NCBI GenBank assembly: GCA_964416985.1
Contig: CAYQFS010000001.1
Span: 153,365-217,364, forward strand
Source: an uncultured Candidatus Saccharibacteria bacterium
GTDB taxonomy: Bacteria; Patescibacteriota; Minisyncoccia; Phycocordibacterales; PALSA-1337
DNA: 64,000 nt
Reading direction: 5' to 3'
This document shows, piece by piece, positions 10,311-19,566 of the stretch (position 1 is the stretch's first letter; the number at the start of each line of letters is the position of its first letter). The notes below the pieces were generated by a model, which was not told the origin of the DNA, made no database searches, and saw only the letters and a program-made list of their open reading frames with translations. The translations under genes were made by a program, and so were the position numbers.

Positions 10311-12254
10311 TTATACCGCCAAAAGTACTGGAATGACGATTGGTCGCTTTGCAGTTTTTTGAAGAAGGAATTTGCTTACGTTGTCTGAGATGGTTGTTTT
10401 GACGTAATCAACGTTAATAGGATTCATATTTTTTGTAGTCTCTTCGACAGTTGTTTTGATGATCATTCGTGCCTGGTGAAGAAGCTCCTGCGATTCGCGG
10501 AGGTAGACGAATCCACGCGAGATGATATCCGGAGATTTTTTGAGTTTACCGTTTTGTGCATTGATGATCGCGAAGACGATGAAGATTCCATCCTGAGCGA
10601 GCATTTGTCGGTCGCGGATAACCACGTCCTGAATGTCTCCGACAGAGAATCCGTCAACCATGACGATTCCTGAAGGAGCTTTTTCTTTTAGCTTAACAAT
10701 CTTCGCACCTTTTTCTATGATTTCGACGACAGATCCATTGTCAGGGATGATGACTTCGTTTTCGGTGAGTCCGTTTGCTTCATTTGCAATGTCTCCGTGA
10801 ACGCGAAGCATGTAGTGATATCCGTGAACCGGCATGAAGAACTTTGGCTTGATGTGCTGGTGAATCCAAACTGTTTCGTCGTGGTTTGCATGTCCTGAAG
10901 AGTGAACGTCAGAGTTTCGGTAATGGAGAATGTGCGCACCTTGTCGTGAAAGGTTATCTTTGAGTTTCTGAACGGCTCGTTCGTTTCCAGGGACAATCGA
11001 AGATGAAAGGAGAACGGTGTCGCGCTTGGTGATCTTTATGTACTTGTGAGTCTTATTTGAAATTCTCATCATCGCTCCAAACTCGTCTCCCTGAGCACCT
11101 GTTGCAAGAACAATGAGTCTCTCAGGAGGATAGTTATCCATGTGTTCTGCGAGAATGATCGTGTCTTTCTTTGGTTTCAAAAGTCCGAGCTGGAGACAGA
11201 TTTCGATATTTGTTTTCATGCTTCGTCCCTCGACAACGACTTTTTTACCGTATTTTTCTGCGAACTCAACGATTTTGAGCATTCTCTCAAGCAGGGAAGC
11301 AAATGTTGTAATGATTAACCGTCCTTTTGCGTTTTTTATGATTTCTTCTATGTTTTTGTGGACGGTCTTCTCAGGGATTGAGAAACCTGGATTTTCGACG
11401 TTCGTTGAGTCGGCCATGAGAAGGAGAACTTTCTGATTCTTGAAAGCACGTTGATACTCCTCGACTTCCTCTTCAGTCGGAACTCCATCTACATGATCGA
11501 GTTTGAGGTCTCCTGTGTGGACGATCGATCCATGGGGTGTCTCGATAATGATTCCCATTGCATCAGGAATTGTGTGAGTCACAGCAAAGAATTTGATTTT
11601 CAATCCCCCAAGAGTCATTGTTTCATTTTTCTCTACGACTTTGATGTCGAGAGCAGGAAAATGAGGAAATTCTTCTTGGCGCTTTTTGATGAGGACTGAG
11701 GTGAGCATTCGGGTATAGAGTGGCGGATTTCCAATGCGGGGCATGACGTAGGGAATTCCTCCGACATGGTCCAAGTGTCCGTGCGTGACAAGAACAGCGC
11801 GGATCTTGTCCTTTCGCTCTTCGAGATACTTTGTGTTTGGGAGAATGTAGTCGATTCCAGGAGTATTTTCATCCTTGAACTGGAAACCGATATCGATAAT
11901 GACAATATCATTTCCGTATTCAACAACTGTCATGTTCTTTCCGATTTCTTCTACTCCTCCAAGGGGAATGATGCGAATGCAATCAGGTGCCAAAGGTGGA
12001 ACGGTATCCTCGACTTTTTTGTGGACCTGAGTTTCGTCTTTCTTTGGAGCGTGCATTGGTCGTGAACCTCGTCCTCCTGGGCCAAATGACTTTCGGGAAG
12101 AAGTTCCTCTCGAAGCTGGTCCTCGAAATGGAGGACGCTGTGCAGGGCGGGGACTTTCAGCTGGTCGGAGTGGTGTTCGCACTGGAGCAGGGGCAACTGT
12201 TGCTGCTGGAGCTATTCTCTCTATTGCTGCGTCTATCTTTTTTTCTTCGTTCAT
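10311..12254 (-). CDS. rnj: ribonuclease J (metallo-beta-lactamase/beta-CASP) with ~90-aa Pro/Arg-rich N-terminal extension
   Basis: 'HGHLDHVGG' MBL motif, beta-CASP and RNase J C-terminal domain. Confidence 0.9.
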   Translation of the reverse strand: MNEEKKIDAAIERIAPAATVAPAPVRTPLRPAESPRPAQRPPFRGPASRGTSSRKSFGPGGRGSRPMHAPKKDETQVHKKVEDTVPPLAPDCIRIIPLGGVEEIGKNMTVVEYGNDIVIIDIGFQFKDENTPGIDYILPNTKYLEERKDKIRAVLVTHGHLDHVGGIPYVMPRIGNPPLYTRMLTSVLIKKRQEEFPHFPALDIKVVEKNETMTLGGLKIKFFAVTHTIPDAMGIIIETPHGSIVHTGDLKLDHVDGVPTEEEVEEYQRAFKNQKVLLLMADSTNVENPGFSIPEKTVHKNIEEIIKNAKGRLIITTFASLLERMLKIVEFAEKYGKKVVVEGRSMKTNIEICLQLGLLKPKKDTIILAEHMDNYPPERLIVLATGAQGDEFGAMMRISNKTHKYIKITKRDTVLLSSSIVPGNERAVQKLKDNLSRQGAHILHYRNSDVHSSGHANHDETVWIHQHIKPKFFMPVHGYHYMLRVHGDIANEANGLTENEVIIPDNGSVVEIIEKGAKIVKLKEKAPSGIVMVDGFSVGDIQDVVIRDRQMLAQDGIFIVFAIINAQNGKLKKSPDIISRGFVYLRESQELLHQARMIIKTTVEETTKNMNPINVDYVKTTISDNVSKFLLQKTAKRPIVIPVLLAV

Positions 12255-12287
12255 AAATGTGTAATTGTGTTAGTAATGTTAATTATT

Positions 12288-14009
12288 TTAATTTTTTGTC
12301 GTAAATATCTTCCATACATTGCTCGTCGCTGTATACCACTCATTTACCTTTGCAAAGCGGTCTGATGGAGAAGAGATTCTTCCGAGCTCCATTCCCGCAA
12401 GTTTGTCGGGGACAATGTATATAAATTCTGGTGAATAAAGGAAGACTGCCGGCACCTCGTCCTGGATGATCTTCTCAAACTGGGCGTACTTGTCAGTACG
12501 AATCTTTTCATCGGAAGTGCTGCGCGCGTCATCGAGGAGCTTGTCGACTTTGCTGTTGACGTAGGCTGCGACGTTGAGGCCGGGAGCATTTCTCTGTGAT
12601 GAATGCCAGAATGCATAAAGGTCGAGGTCTTTACCGATAAATTCTCCGAAAAGAAGCGCATCATATTTTCGAGTTGTGATGATGTTTTGGTATAGATCAC
12701 CGTATTCAAATACTTTGACATTTACTCGCGCTCCGAGAAGACCCCATTGAGTTTTTACAAGTTCAGCAGCTTTCTTGAGGTCGGGGGCATCGACTGTTGA
12801 TATTGAAAATTCGAGTGTCTGAAGAAGCACTCCCTTTTTATCCTTTTTTTCTAAAACTCCATTTCCATTGAGAGTCCAACCCGCTTTTGCAAGAAGATTT
12901 CTGGCGCTGTCGATGTCAGGTTTTTTTGTTGTACCCTGAGATTTTGTTACTGGAAGAGGGCTATCGCTCCGTACACCATATCCTCCGAGAACTTCGCTCA
13001 CGATTGCGTCTTTGTCGATAACCATATTGAGAGCCTGTCGGACTTCAATTTGTGAGAGAACTGGAGCCTGGTTTTGATTGAAAAAGATGCCGAACACACG
13101 AGGGAGCGGAGTGTGTAGGATGCGGGCTGAAGGAGAGCTTGAGGCGATTGCCGCTGCTTCTGTGGGTGAGACTCCAGCCAGACTCTCTATTTTTCGAGAG
13201 GAATATGCCTCAAGAGCGCTTTTTTCGCTCGGATAAAAATAGATGTAAAGATTTGAAATATACGCTTCGCCGTCATAGTACCTGCTAAAAGGAGTAAAGC
13301 TATAGTACTCAGGAATTCCGCCGCTGTCGTGCTTGATGGTGGTTAGTTTGTAAGGACCAGCCCCGACAGGATTTACATTGTACTGGCTATAAATGAATTG
13401 ATCTGCTTCAACCTTACTCCAGATGTGTTTTGGAATAATTCCGAGAGTAGTGTTTGCAAGAAATGGTGCATATGGCTGCTTCAAAACAAATTGGATATGT
13501 TGCTCGTCGAGTTTTTTTACAGAAATATTTGCCCAATCCGCTCGGCGAGGACTCTTTATGACACTATCTTTTATTTTTTGTATTGTAAATTCAACGTCGT
13601 CAGCCGTGAGTGGGATTCCGTCGTGAAAACGAAGATTATTTCTCAGGGTGAATGTGTATGTGAGGCCGTCTGAGGAGATTTCATATTTCTCCGCAAGGTC
13701 GGGCACGAGTTTGCCAGAGTCATATTTCATAAGGCCCGAATAAACAAGTGCTGAAAGATCACGATCAATGTCGGTAAATGAAAGGACGGGATTGATGTAG
13801 CGAGGAAGGCCGACAATTCCCTCAGAAAGACTTCCTCCTTGGGTTGGAACTGGTACAAGAAAGAGGTTGTTGACTTTGAGGGCGAGGGAAATAGCACTTA
13901 CCACGATCATTATGACAAAAATCCCGAAAATGAATTTTTCAGTCGCAGAAAAACTTTTGATTGTAGCGAGGAGTTTCTCGCTTCCCTTAATATGAAATTC
14001 TTTTCCCAT
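12288..14009 (-). CDS. ABC transporter substrate-binding protein, family 5 (peptide/nickel type), N-terminal TM anchor, orphan (no adjacent permease)
   Basis: Length, TM anchor and SBP_bac_5-like motifs ('LVPDLAEKYEISSDG', 'FYSPEFIYIV'). Confidence 0.6.
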   Translation of the reverse strand: MGKEFHIKGSEKLLATIKSFSATEKFIFGIFVIMIVVSAISLALKVNNLFLVPVPTQGGSLSEGIVGLPRYINPVLSFTDIDRDLSALVYSGLMKYDSGKLVPDLAEKYEISSDGLTYTFTLRNNLRFHDGIPLTADDVEFTIQKIKDSVIKSPRRADWANISVKKLDEQHIQFVLKQPYAPFLANTTLGIIPKHIWSKVEADQFIYSQYNVNPVGAGPYKLTTIKHDSGGIPEYYSFTPFSRYYDGEAYISNLYIYFYPSEKSALEAYSSRKIESLAGVSPTEAAAIASSSPSARILHTPLPRVFGIFFNQNQAPVLSQIEVRQALNMVIDKDAIVSEVLGGYGVRSDSPLPVTKSQGTTKKPDIDSARNLLAKAGWTLNGNGVLEKKDKKGVLLQTLEFSISTVDAPDLKKAAELVKTQWGLLGARVNVKVFEYGDLYQNIITTRKYDALLFGEFIGKDLDLYAFWHSSQRNAPGLNVAAYVNSKVDKLLDDARSTSDEKIRTDKYAQFEKIIQDEVPAVFLYSPEFIYIVPDKLAGMELGRISSPSDRFAKVNEWYTATSNVWKIFTTKN

Positions 14010-14018
14010 TGGGAGAGA

Positions 14019-14249
14019 TTAGAGGAGGTTGATAAGAGCTGTAATCGCGAAGAGTATCGCAACAACAATGGTAATGATGAAGAGGGTTTTTTCAAATCCA
14101 CGTCGAGTATGGTATGCCGAGCTGAAATTGTCGCTACCGCCGAAAGCACCGCCGATCTGAGCGCCGGTTCTCTGGAGGAGTATTGCGGTTATTAGCACCA
14201 CCGCGAGTACAATCTGAATGTACGGAAGGATAGCCTCGATAGTCTTCAT
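14019..14249 (-). CDS. secG: preprotein translocase subunit SecG
   Basis: 'LLQRTGAQIGGAFGG' SecG signature, two TM helices, 76 aa. Confidence 0.85.
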   Translation of the reverse strand: MKTIEAILPYIQIVLAVVLITAILLQRTGAQIGGAFGGSDNFSSAYHTRRGFEKTLFIITIVVAILFAITALINLL

Positions 14250-14360
14250 GTGGGGGTACTATAGCATAGTATAAAAGAAATGCAAACGTTATAAAAAACC
14301 GCACGGAGTCAATTGCTTGACGCCGCGCGGGATTGAAACTAAGGAACGAATTGAGTCACA

Positions 14361-14990
14361 TCATGCTGTGGCAGCAGATACTTCCGTAGTCACAGTAACT
14401 TGTCGAGGAGGGTTTTTGGGAAGCCATTTTCCTTGGTTTCGTTCACATAGTCCGAATTCTAAAAAAATTGCATGAGCATTTTTGAATAGCGCACGCCACC
14501 TTTTTGATCCGTCCGAGTAAACGTCCTCAGCTTCGTGTTCACGCAATGAATTTGCAAGTATTTGGAGGATATCATCAGCATTCCTCTCTAACCACTCATC
14601 ATCGCGATTCAATAGGTATGTCCCTTTCCCGTCGACGGCGTAAGTTGCAAGTAGCTTTTGAAGCTCGGACAACGAGGTGACAAATCTATGATTACCTATT
14701 ATCCGGTATAACAACGAAAGGATGGTGGTCGCTAAAAACCATACAACAATAGCCAGAATAGCCAGTATCACCTGCGTACTATTACCTCTGTTTAAGTAAG
14801 TGACGATGGTTACTGTGGCCACAACCGTTATGAAGAAGATAAGAGCAATAGATGCTTTTCTCCAACCAATGCAATCTTCTAAGTCCTGAGCAATATTTCT
14901 TTGGAATTTGTGCTCCGAGAGCCATGACTGTGTGAGTTTAGGATTTACCAATCCATTTCTTAGGGCGAACTTAACTTCGTTAATGTTCAT
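14361..14990 (-). CDS. hypothetical membrane protein (2 TM), GC-shifted
   Basis: Long ORF with moderately higher GC than its neighbours. Confidence 0.45.
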   Translation of the reverse strand: MNINEVKFALRNGLVNPKLTQSWLSEHKFQRNIAQDLEDCIGWRKASIALIFFITVVATVTIVTYLNRGNSTQVILAILAIVVWFLATTILSLLYRIIGNHRFVTSLSELQKLLATYAVDGKGTYLLNRDDEWLERNADDILQILANSLREHEAEDVYSDGSKRWRALFKNAHAIFLEFGLCERNQGKWLPKNPPRQVTVTTEVSAATA

Positions 14991-15210
14991 GCGTAACTCT
15001 ACTTTCTTGTCAGTCCGCTTCTCATTGCAACGGGGATTCGAGTCCCTTTCCGTCCGATTCGAGTCGGAGGGAAATGTATACGTTCAAATCAATGAGGTTG
15101 AGCAGTACTTCTGGTAAAAGTAAATCACTCCTAGTTACTTTTGTCAATAGTCATTTTATTTCTAATCGATATAATAAAGACCACCTGATTATCATTAACT
15201 CATTAAAAAT

Positions 15211-15519
15211 ATGAAAAAAAACATCTCACAAAAAATCAAACCATTACAGGATCGTGTCTTGATTAAAGAAGACACCTCAAGCAAGGAAAAGAAAACTTCG
15301 TCGGGGATCATCATTCCTGTAAGCGCTCAAGAGGACAAGGGAAGTAAAAGCGGGGAAATTGTGGCGGTTGGGACGGGACGATATGAAGATGGAAAAATTA
15401 TTCCCATTTCTGTAAAAGTCGGAGAAACAGTGCTTTTTCAGTGGGGAGACAAAGTGCGGATCGGCGACGAGGAATACTATATTGTCAAAGAATCAGAAAT
15501 TTTAGCAGTTATTAAATAA
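15211..15519 (+). CDS. groES: co-chaperonin GroES
   Basis: 'IKPLQDRVLIKE...GIIIP' signature. Confidence 0.95.
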   Translation: MKKNISQKIKPLQDRVLIKEDTSSKEKKTSSGIIIPVSAQEDKGSKSGEIVAVGTGRYEDGKIIPISVKVGETVLFQWGDKVRIGDEEYYIVKESEILAVIK

Positions 15520-15524
15520 AAAAT

Positions 15525-17180
15525 ATGTCAAAGAAAATTCTCTACAATGAAGATGCTCGAAAAGCCCTCAAGAAGGGAATTGATGCGGTGGCTGATGCGG
15601 TCAAACTTACCATCGGACCACGAGGAAGAAATGTTGTTCTCGATAAAGGATATGGTTCGCCGACGATTACAAATGACGGTGTTTCAATCGCAAAAGAAAT
15701 AACTTTGAAGGACAAGTTTGAAAACATGGGAGTGGAGATCATAAAAGAGGTGGCGACAAAGACAAACGAAAGCGCGGGAGACGGAACGACGACATCAGTG
15801 GTTCTCACGCAGGCAATCGTGTCTGAGGGAATGAGGCACACAACGATGGGGGTTAATGCTATGGGAGTGAAGTTTGGAATTGAAGCAGCGGCAAAAGATG
15901 TGGTAAGTGAACTCAAAAAACTTGCAAAGCCTCTGAAGACCGATGAAGAGATTCGTCAGGTGGCAACCATTTCTGCTGAATCAGAGACGCTTGGAAAAAT
16001 AATCGCGGATACAATTAAAAAAGTAGGAAAAGACGGAGTGGTGACAGTCGAAGAATCACAGACTCTCGGCCTTGATTCTGAAGTTGTTGAAGGAATCGAA
16101 TTTGATAAAGGATACATTTCTCCCTACATGATTACAAATGCAGAACGAATGGAAGCGGAATACTCTGATCCTGCCGTTCTTGTGACCGATAAAAAGATCT
16201 CATCGATAAAAGATGTTCTCCCACTTCTCGAGAAGCTCGCTCAGATGGGAAAGAAGGAGCTCGTCATAATTGCCGAGGATGTCGACGGAGAGGCGCTTAC
16301 GACATTTTTGGTAAATAAACTCCGAGGAGGATTCAATGTCCTTGCTATCAAAGCGCCTGGATATGCCGACCGAAAAAAGGATATGCTCGAGGATATCGCG
16401 ATAACTGTGGGTGCTACGCTCATTTCCGAAGCGGTTGGAATAACATTTGAGACTGCAGACATTTCAATGCTTGGAAAAGCTCGTCGGGTCATTTCAACAA
16501 AAGACTCAACGGTCATCGTTGGTGGAAAAGGGAAAAAGGCAGACATCGAGAAACGAGTGGCACAGATAAAGAAGCAAAGGGAAGATGTTGGAGGAAAATT
16601 TGATAAAGATCATCTTGACCAAAGGATCGCCAAACTTTCGGGAGGGGTTGCGGTCATTCGTGTTGGAGCGGCTACTGAGACAGAGATGAAATATCTTAAA
16701 TTGAAGATTGAAGATGCGGTTAATGCGACGAAAGCGGCGATTGATGAAGGAATAGTTGCTGGCGGTGGAGTAGCACTGGTCAAGGTCGCTGATGAAGTCA
16801 GAAAGTCACAATTATTACCAAAGAGTTCATCAACAATTTCAAAAGAATTTGAACTCGGCTATCAGATTGTTCTCAAGGCACTCGAAGCTCCTTTAAAGCA
16901 AATTGTTATAAATGCTGGAAAAGACGATGCTTCTGTTATTATCGAAAAGATACGAAATGGAAAAGGAAATAATGGCTACGACGCTCTCAGAGATGGGATG
17001 GTTGCTGATATGCTCGCAGCGGGAATTATTGATCCAGTCAAAGTTACCCGTCTTGGCGTACAAAATGCATGCTCAGCAGCAGCAATTCTTCTGACGACTG
17101 AGGCAGCTATTGCTGAGGAGCCAAAGGATGAGAAGTCGGGAGGAGGTGTGAGCCCAGGAGCGGGAGGAATGGATTATTAA
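15525..17180 (+). CDS. groEL: chaperonin GroEL
   Basis: 'AGDGTTTSVVL', 'GGGVALV' and a C-terminal GGM-like tail. Confidence 0.97.
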   Translation: MSKKILYNEDARKALKKGIDAVADAVKLTIGPRGRNVVLDKGYGSPTITNDGVSIAKEITLKDKFENMGVEIIKEVATKTNESAGDGTTTSVVLTQAIVSEGMRHTTMGVNAMGVKFGIEAAAKDVVSELKKLAKPLKTDEEIRQVATISAESETLGKIIADTIKKVGKDGVVTVEESQTLGLDSEVVEGIEFDKGYISPYMITNAERMEAEYSDPAVLVTDKKISSIKDVLPLLEKLAQMGKKELVIIAEDVDGEALTTFLVNKLRGGFNVLAIKAPGYADRKKDMLEDIAITVGATLISEAVGITFETADISMLGKARRVISTKDSTVIVGGKGKKADIEKRVAQIKKQREDVGGKFDKDHLDQRIAKLSGGVAVIRVGAATETEMKYLKLKIEDAVNATKAAIDEGIVAGGGVALVKVADEVRKSQLLPKSSSTISKEFELGYQIVLKALEAPLKQIVINAGKDDASVIIEKIRNGKGNNGYDALRDGMVADMLAAGIIDPVKVTRLGVQNACSAAAILLTTEAAIAEEPKDEKSGGGVSPGAGGMDY

Positions 17181-17231
17181 TGGAATCGTGGTATACTAGC
17201 CTTCATATATAAGTGGGTTTATTAAAAAAAC

Positions 17232-17912
17232 ATGAAAAAATCAATAATTATCGTTGTAGTTATCATTATTATAGGACTCGTTATTTGGGGTGTTTCTCGA
17301 AATAAGAGCACAACCTCAGGGGTTTCTACAGAGACTCCGGTTGCTTCTTCAACTACTGTTTCAGCTCCAGTGAGTGAGACAACGAAGGTTTCTGACAAGC
17401 TCTCAGAATACAAGAACGAAGAACTTGGATTTAGCGTAAAGTATCCTTCAGCTTGGGAGGCTACTCCATCTGAAACTGGTGTTACGTTCGTAGTTCCAGT
17501 TGGAAAGGCAGAGACAAATACTATCGGAAAACTTGAATCTAAGATAATGGTCATCTCTGGAAAGTGCTCATTCCCTCCAGTTACAACTATCAAGGATCGA
17601 AGTACATTGAAGTCGGGAGATCTTTCTTTCAGTATGATTTCAATGTCAAACTCAGTACAGGGTCGATCATACTTTGACAGAATGTACTCATTGCAGCGAG
17701 ACAGTATCTGCTACATATTTAGTTTCTCATCGATCACGCTTAGCCCTGCTTCAAAAGGCTTCAAGGGATCAGAAGTTACTCAGATGACAAACAACAACAA
17801 AGCAATTGTCGATGCAGCTGATGCTTCATTTGTAAGTATGATTAAGTCATTTGGTTATGTCGTTGGAGCAGCAGGCAAAAACGAAGCCGATGTTGTTCCT
17901 GCAAAGAAATAA
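17232..17912 (+). CDS. hypothetical membrane-anchored/secreted protein
   Basis: N-terminal TM helix followed by a Ser/Thr-rich linker. Confidence 0.5.
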   Translation: MKKSIIIVVVIIIIGLVIWGVSRNKSTTSGVSTETPVASSTTVSAPVSETTKVSDKLSEYKNEELGFSVKYPSAWEATPSETGVTFVVPVGKAETNTIGKLESKIMVISGKCSFPPVTTIKDRSTLKSGDLSFSMISMSNSVQGRSYFDRMYSLQRDSICYIFSFSSITLSPASKGFKGSEVTQMTNNNKAIVDAADASFVSMIKSFGYVVGAAGKNEADVVPAKK

Positions 17913-17930
17913 TATTTCTTCTCCTACGCT

Positions 17931-18485
17931 ATGAAAAAAACACTCGGCATCATTATTGCAATCGTCGTTCTTGTCCTTCTCTACGGTTTTGGAACCTACA
18001 ACCGTCTCGTGACTTTGAACGTTGATGCAGATACCAAGTGGAAGCAAGTCGAAGTCGATTACCAGAGACGCTTCGATCTCATTCCTGGTCTCGTAGAGTC
18101 AGTGAAGGGAATCATGAAGCAAGAGACAGCAGTCTTCACCGCTCTTGCTGACGCACGTACCCACTACGCAGGTGCTACGAGTGCAAATGAAAAAGCTATC
18201 GCAGCAGGACAAGTTGACTCCGCTCTCGGACGACTTCTTGTTATTGCCGAAAATTATCCTGAGCTCAAGTCATCTGCAAACATGGCAACTTTCATGTCTC
18301 AGTACGAAGGAACAGAAAATCGCATTGGTGTTGCTCGAATGAAATATAATGATGCTGTTAAAGAGTACAATCTCAAAGTAATGAGAATTCCAAGCTCTAT
18401 TATTGCAGCTCTCACTGGTTTCAAAGAACGGGCATATTTCGAAGCGGCTGCCGGTTCAGAAAAAGCTCCTGAAGTAAAATTCTAA
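17931..18485 (+). CDS. lemA: LemA family protein
   Basis: 'YNRLVTLNVDADTKWKQVEVDYQRRFDLIPGLVESVKG' LemA core. Confidence 0.85.
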   Translation: MKKTLGIIIAIVVLVLLYGFGTYNRLVTLNVDADTKWKQVEVDYQRRFDLIPGLVESVKGIMKQETAVFTALADARTHYAGATSANEKAIAAGQVDSALGRLLVIAENYPELKSSANMATFMSQYEGTENRIGVARMKYNDAVKEYNLKVMRIPSSIIAALTGFKERAYFEAAAGSEKAPEVKF

Positions 18486-18489
18486 TCTC

Positions 18490-19350
18490 ATGAAGCGAGT
18501 AGGCATTATTTCTACTCTTTGCCTTCTTTTTTTCACGCCATTTCTTGTTAGTGCGTACCAAAGCCCTGGAAAACCCCAGGGCTTTGTCAGTGATTTTGCT
18601 GGTATTCTTTCTCCGGGAGCTAAAAGTTCTCTTGAAAGTTCTCTTTCTTCTTTTCAAAAAGAAACTTCTCTCGAGATCGCGGTCGTCACTATTCCTTCTC
18701 TCGGAGATGAGACTATCGAGACGTATGCCGTAAAACTTTTTGAGGAATGGGGGATTGGGGACAAAGAAAAAGATACCGGTGCACTGCTTCTCGTCGCTCC
18801 AAATGAGCGCAAAGTCCGTATCGAAGTCGGCTATGGTCTCGAAGGCTCTCTCACTGATGCTCAGTCAAATGGAATTATTCAGACTATTGTTCTCCCGGCT
18901 TTTCGGGCGAATGACTATGAAAAGGGAATTACCGAAGGGGCGAGGGCGATGATGGAGGTGGTCAGAGGAGAGGGAAATTATGTGCCCGTAGATCGAACCT
19001 CAGATACTCAAAAAGGGATTTTCTATTTCATTCAGCACTTTGGGTTCATCATTCTTTTTATTGTCATCAGTATTTTTGCAAGTACAAAGTCGTGGTGGCT
19101 TGGAGGGATTCTTGGCGCTGGTACAGGAATAGTTATTGGCTTTTTCTCGACCATTTTTATCGGTGTTATCTCGACGGTTGTTCTCACTCTTGTCGGCTTA
19201 CTCGTTGATTATCTCGCGTCTAAAGGAGGCGGGAGGGGAGGAAGGGGAGGATTCTGGGGAGGTTTTGGAGGTGGTAGTTTTGGGGGAGGTGGATTTGGAG
19301 GATTTAGTGGAGGTTCTTCTGGCGGCGGGGGATCCTCCGGTAGCTGGTAG
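18490..19350 (+). CDS. TPM-domain protein (YgcG-like) with Gly-rich C-terminal tail
   Basis: TPM phosphatase-fold motifs ('GFVSDFAGILS', 'LLLVAPNERKVRIEVGYGLEG'). LemA-TPM pairing is a conserved gene-neighbourhood. Confidence 0.8.
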   Translation: MKRVGIISTLCLLFFTPFLVSAYQSPGKPQGFVSDFAGILSPGAKSSLESSLSSFQKETSLEIAVVTIPSLGDETIETYAVKLFEEWGIGDKEKDTGALLLVAPNERKVRIEVGYGLEGSLTDAQSNGIIQTIVLPAFRANDYEKGITEGARAMMEVVRGEGNYVPVDRTSDTQKGIFYFIQHFGFIILFIVISIFASTKSWWLGGILGAGTGIVIGFFSTIFIGVISTVVLTLVGLLVDYLASKGGGRGGRGGFWGGFGGGSFGGGGFGGFSGGSSGGGGSSGSW

Positions 19351-19401
19351 TTTACATTGTATGTACATTCTCTATACAATGTCTATACAAAGGAAGGTTC
19401 G

Positions 19402-19488
19402 CATAGTGGTCTAGTGCGCAACGTTGGAAACGTTGTGTGGGAGAAATCCCACCGAGAGTTCGAATCTCTCACCTTCCGCAGTTGAATT
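19402..19488 (+). tRNA. tRNA-Ser (anticodon GGA), class II with long variable arm
   Basis: Acceptor GGAAGGT/ACCTTCC, D-arm GCAT/GTGC, anticodon stem CAACG/CGTTG with loop TTGGAAA, T-arm GAGAG-TTCGAAT-CTCTC. Confidence 0.9.
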
Positions 19489-19566
19489 TTGGTATCGGGT
19501 GACTTTAATGCACAATTGTCATAGCTTAAGCTTCGCAAAGCGTCTGATTCATTGTATTATTGTCAT

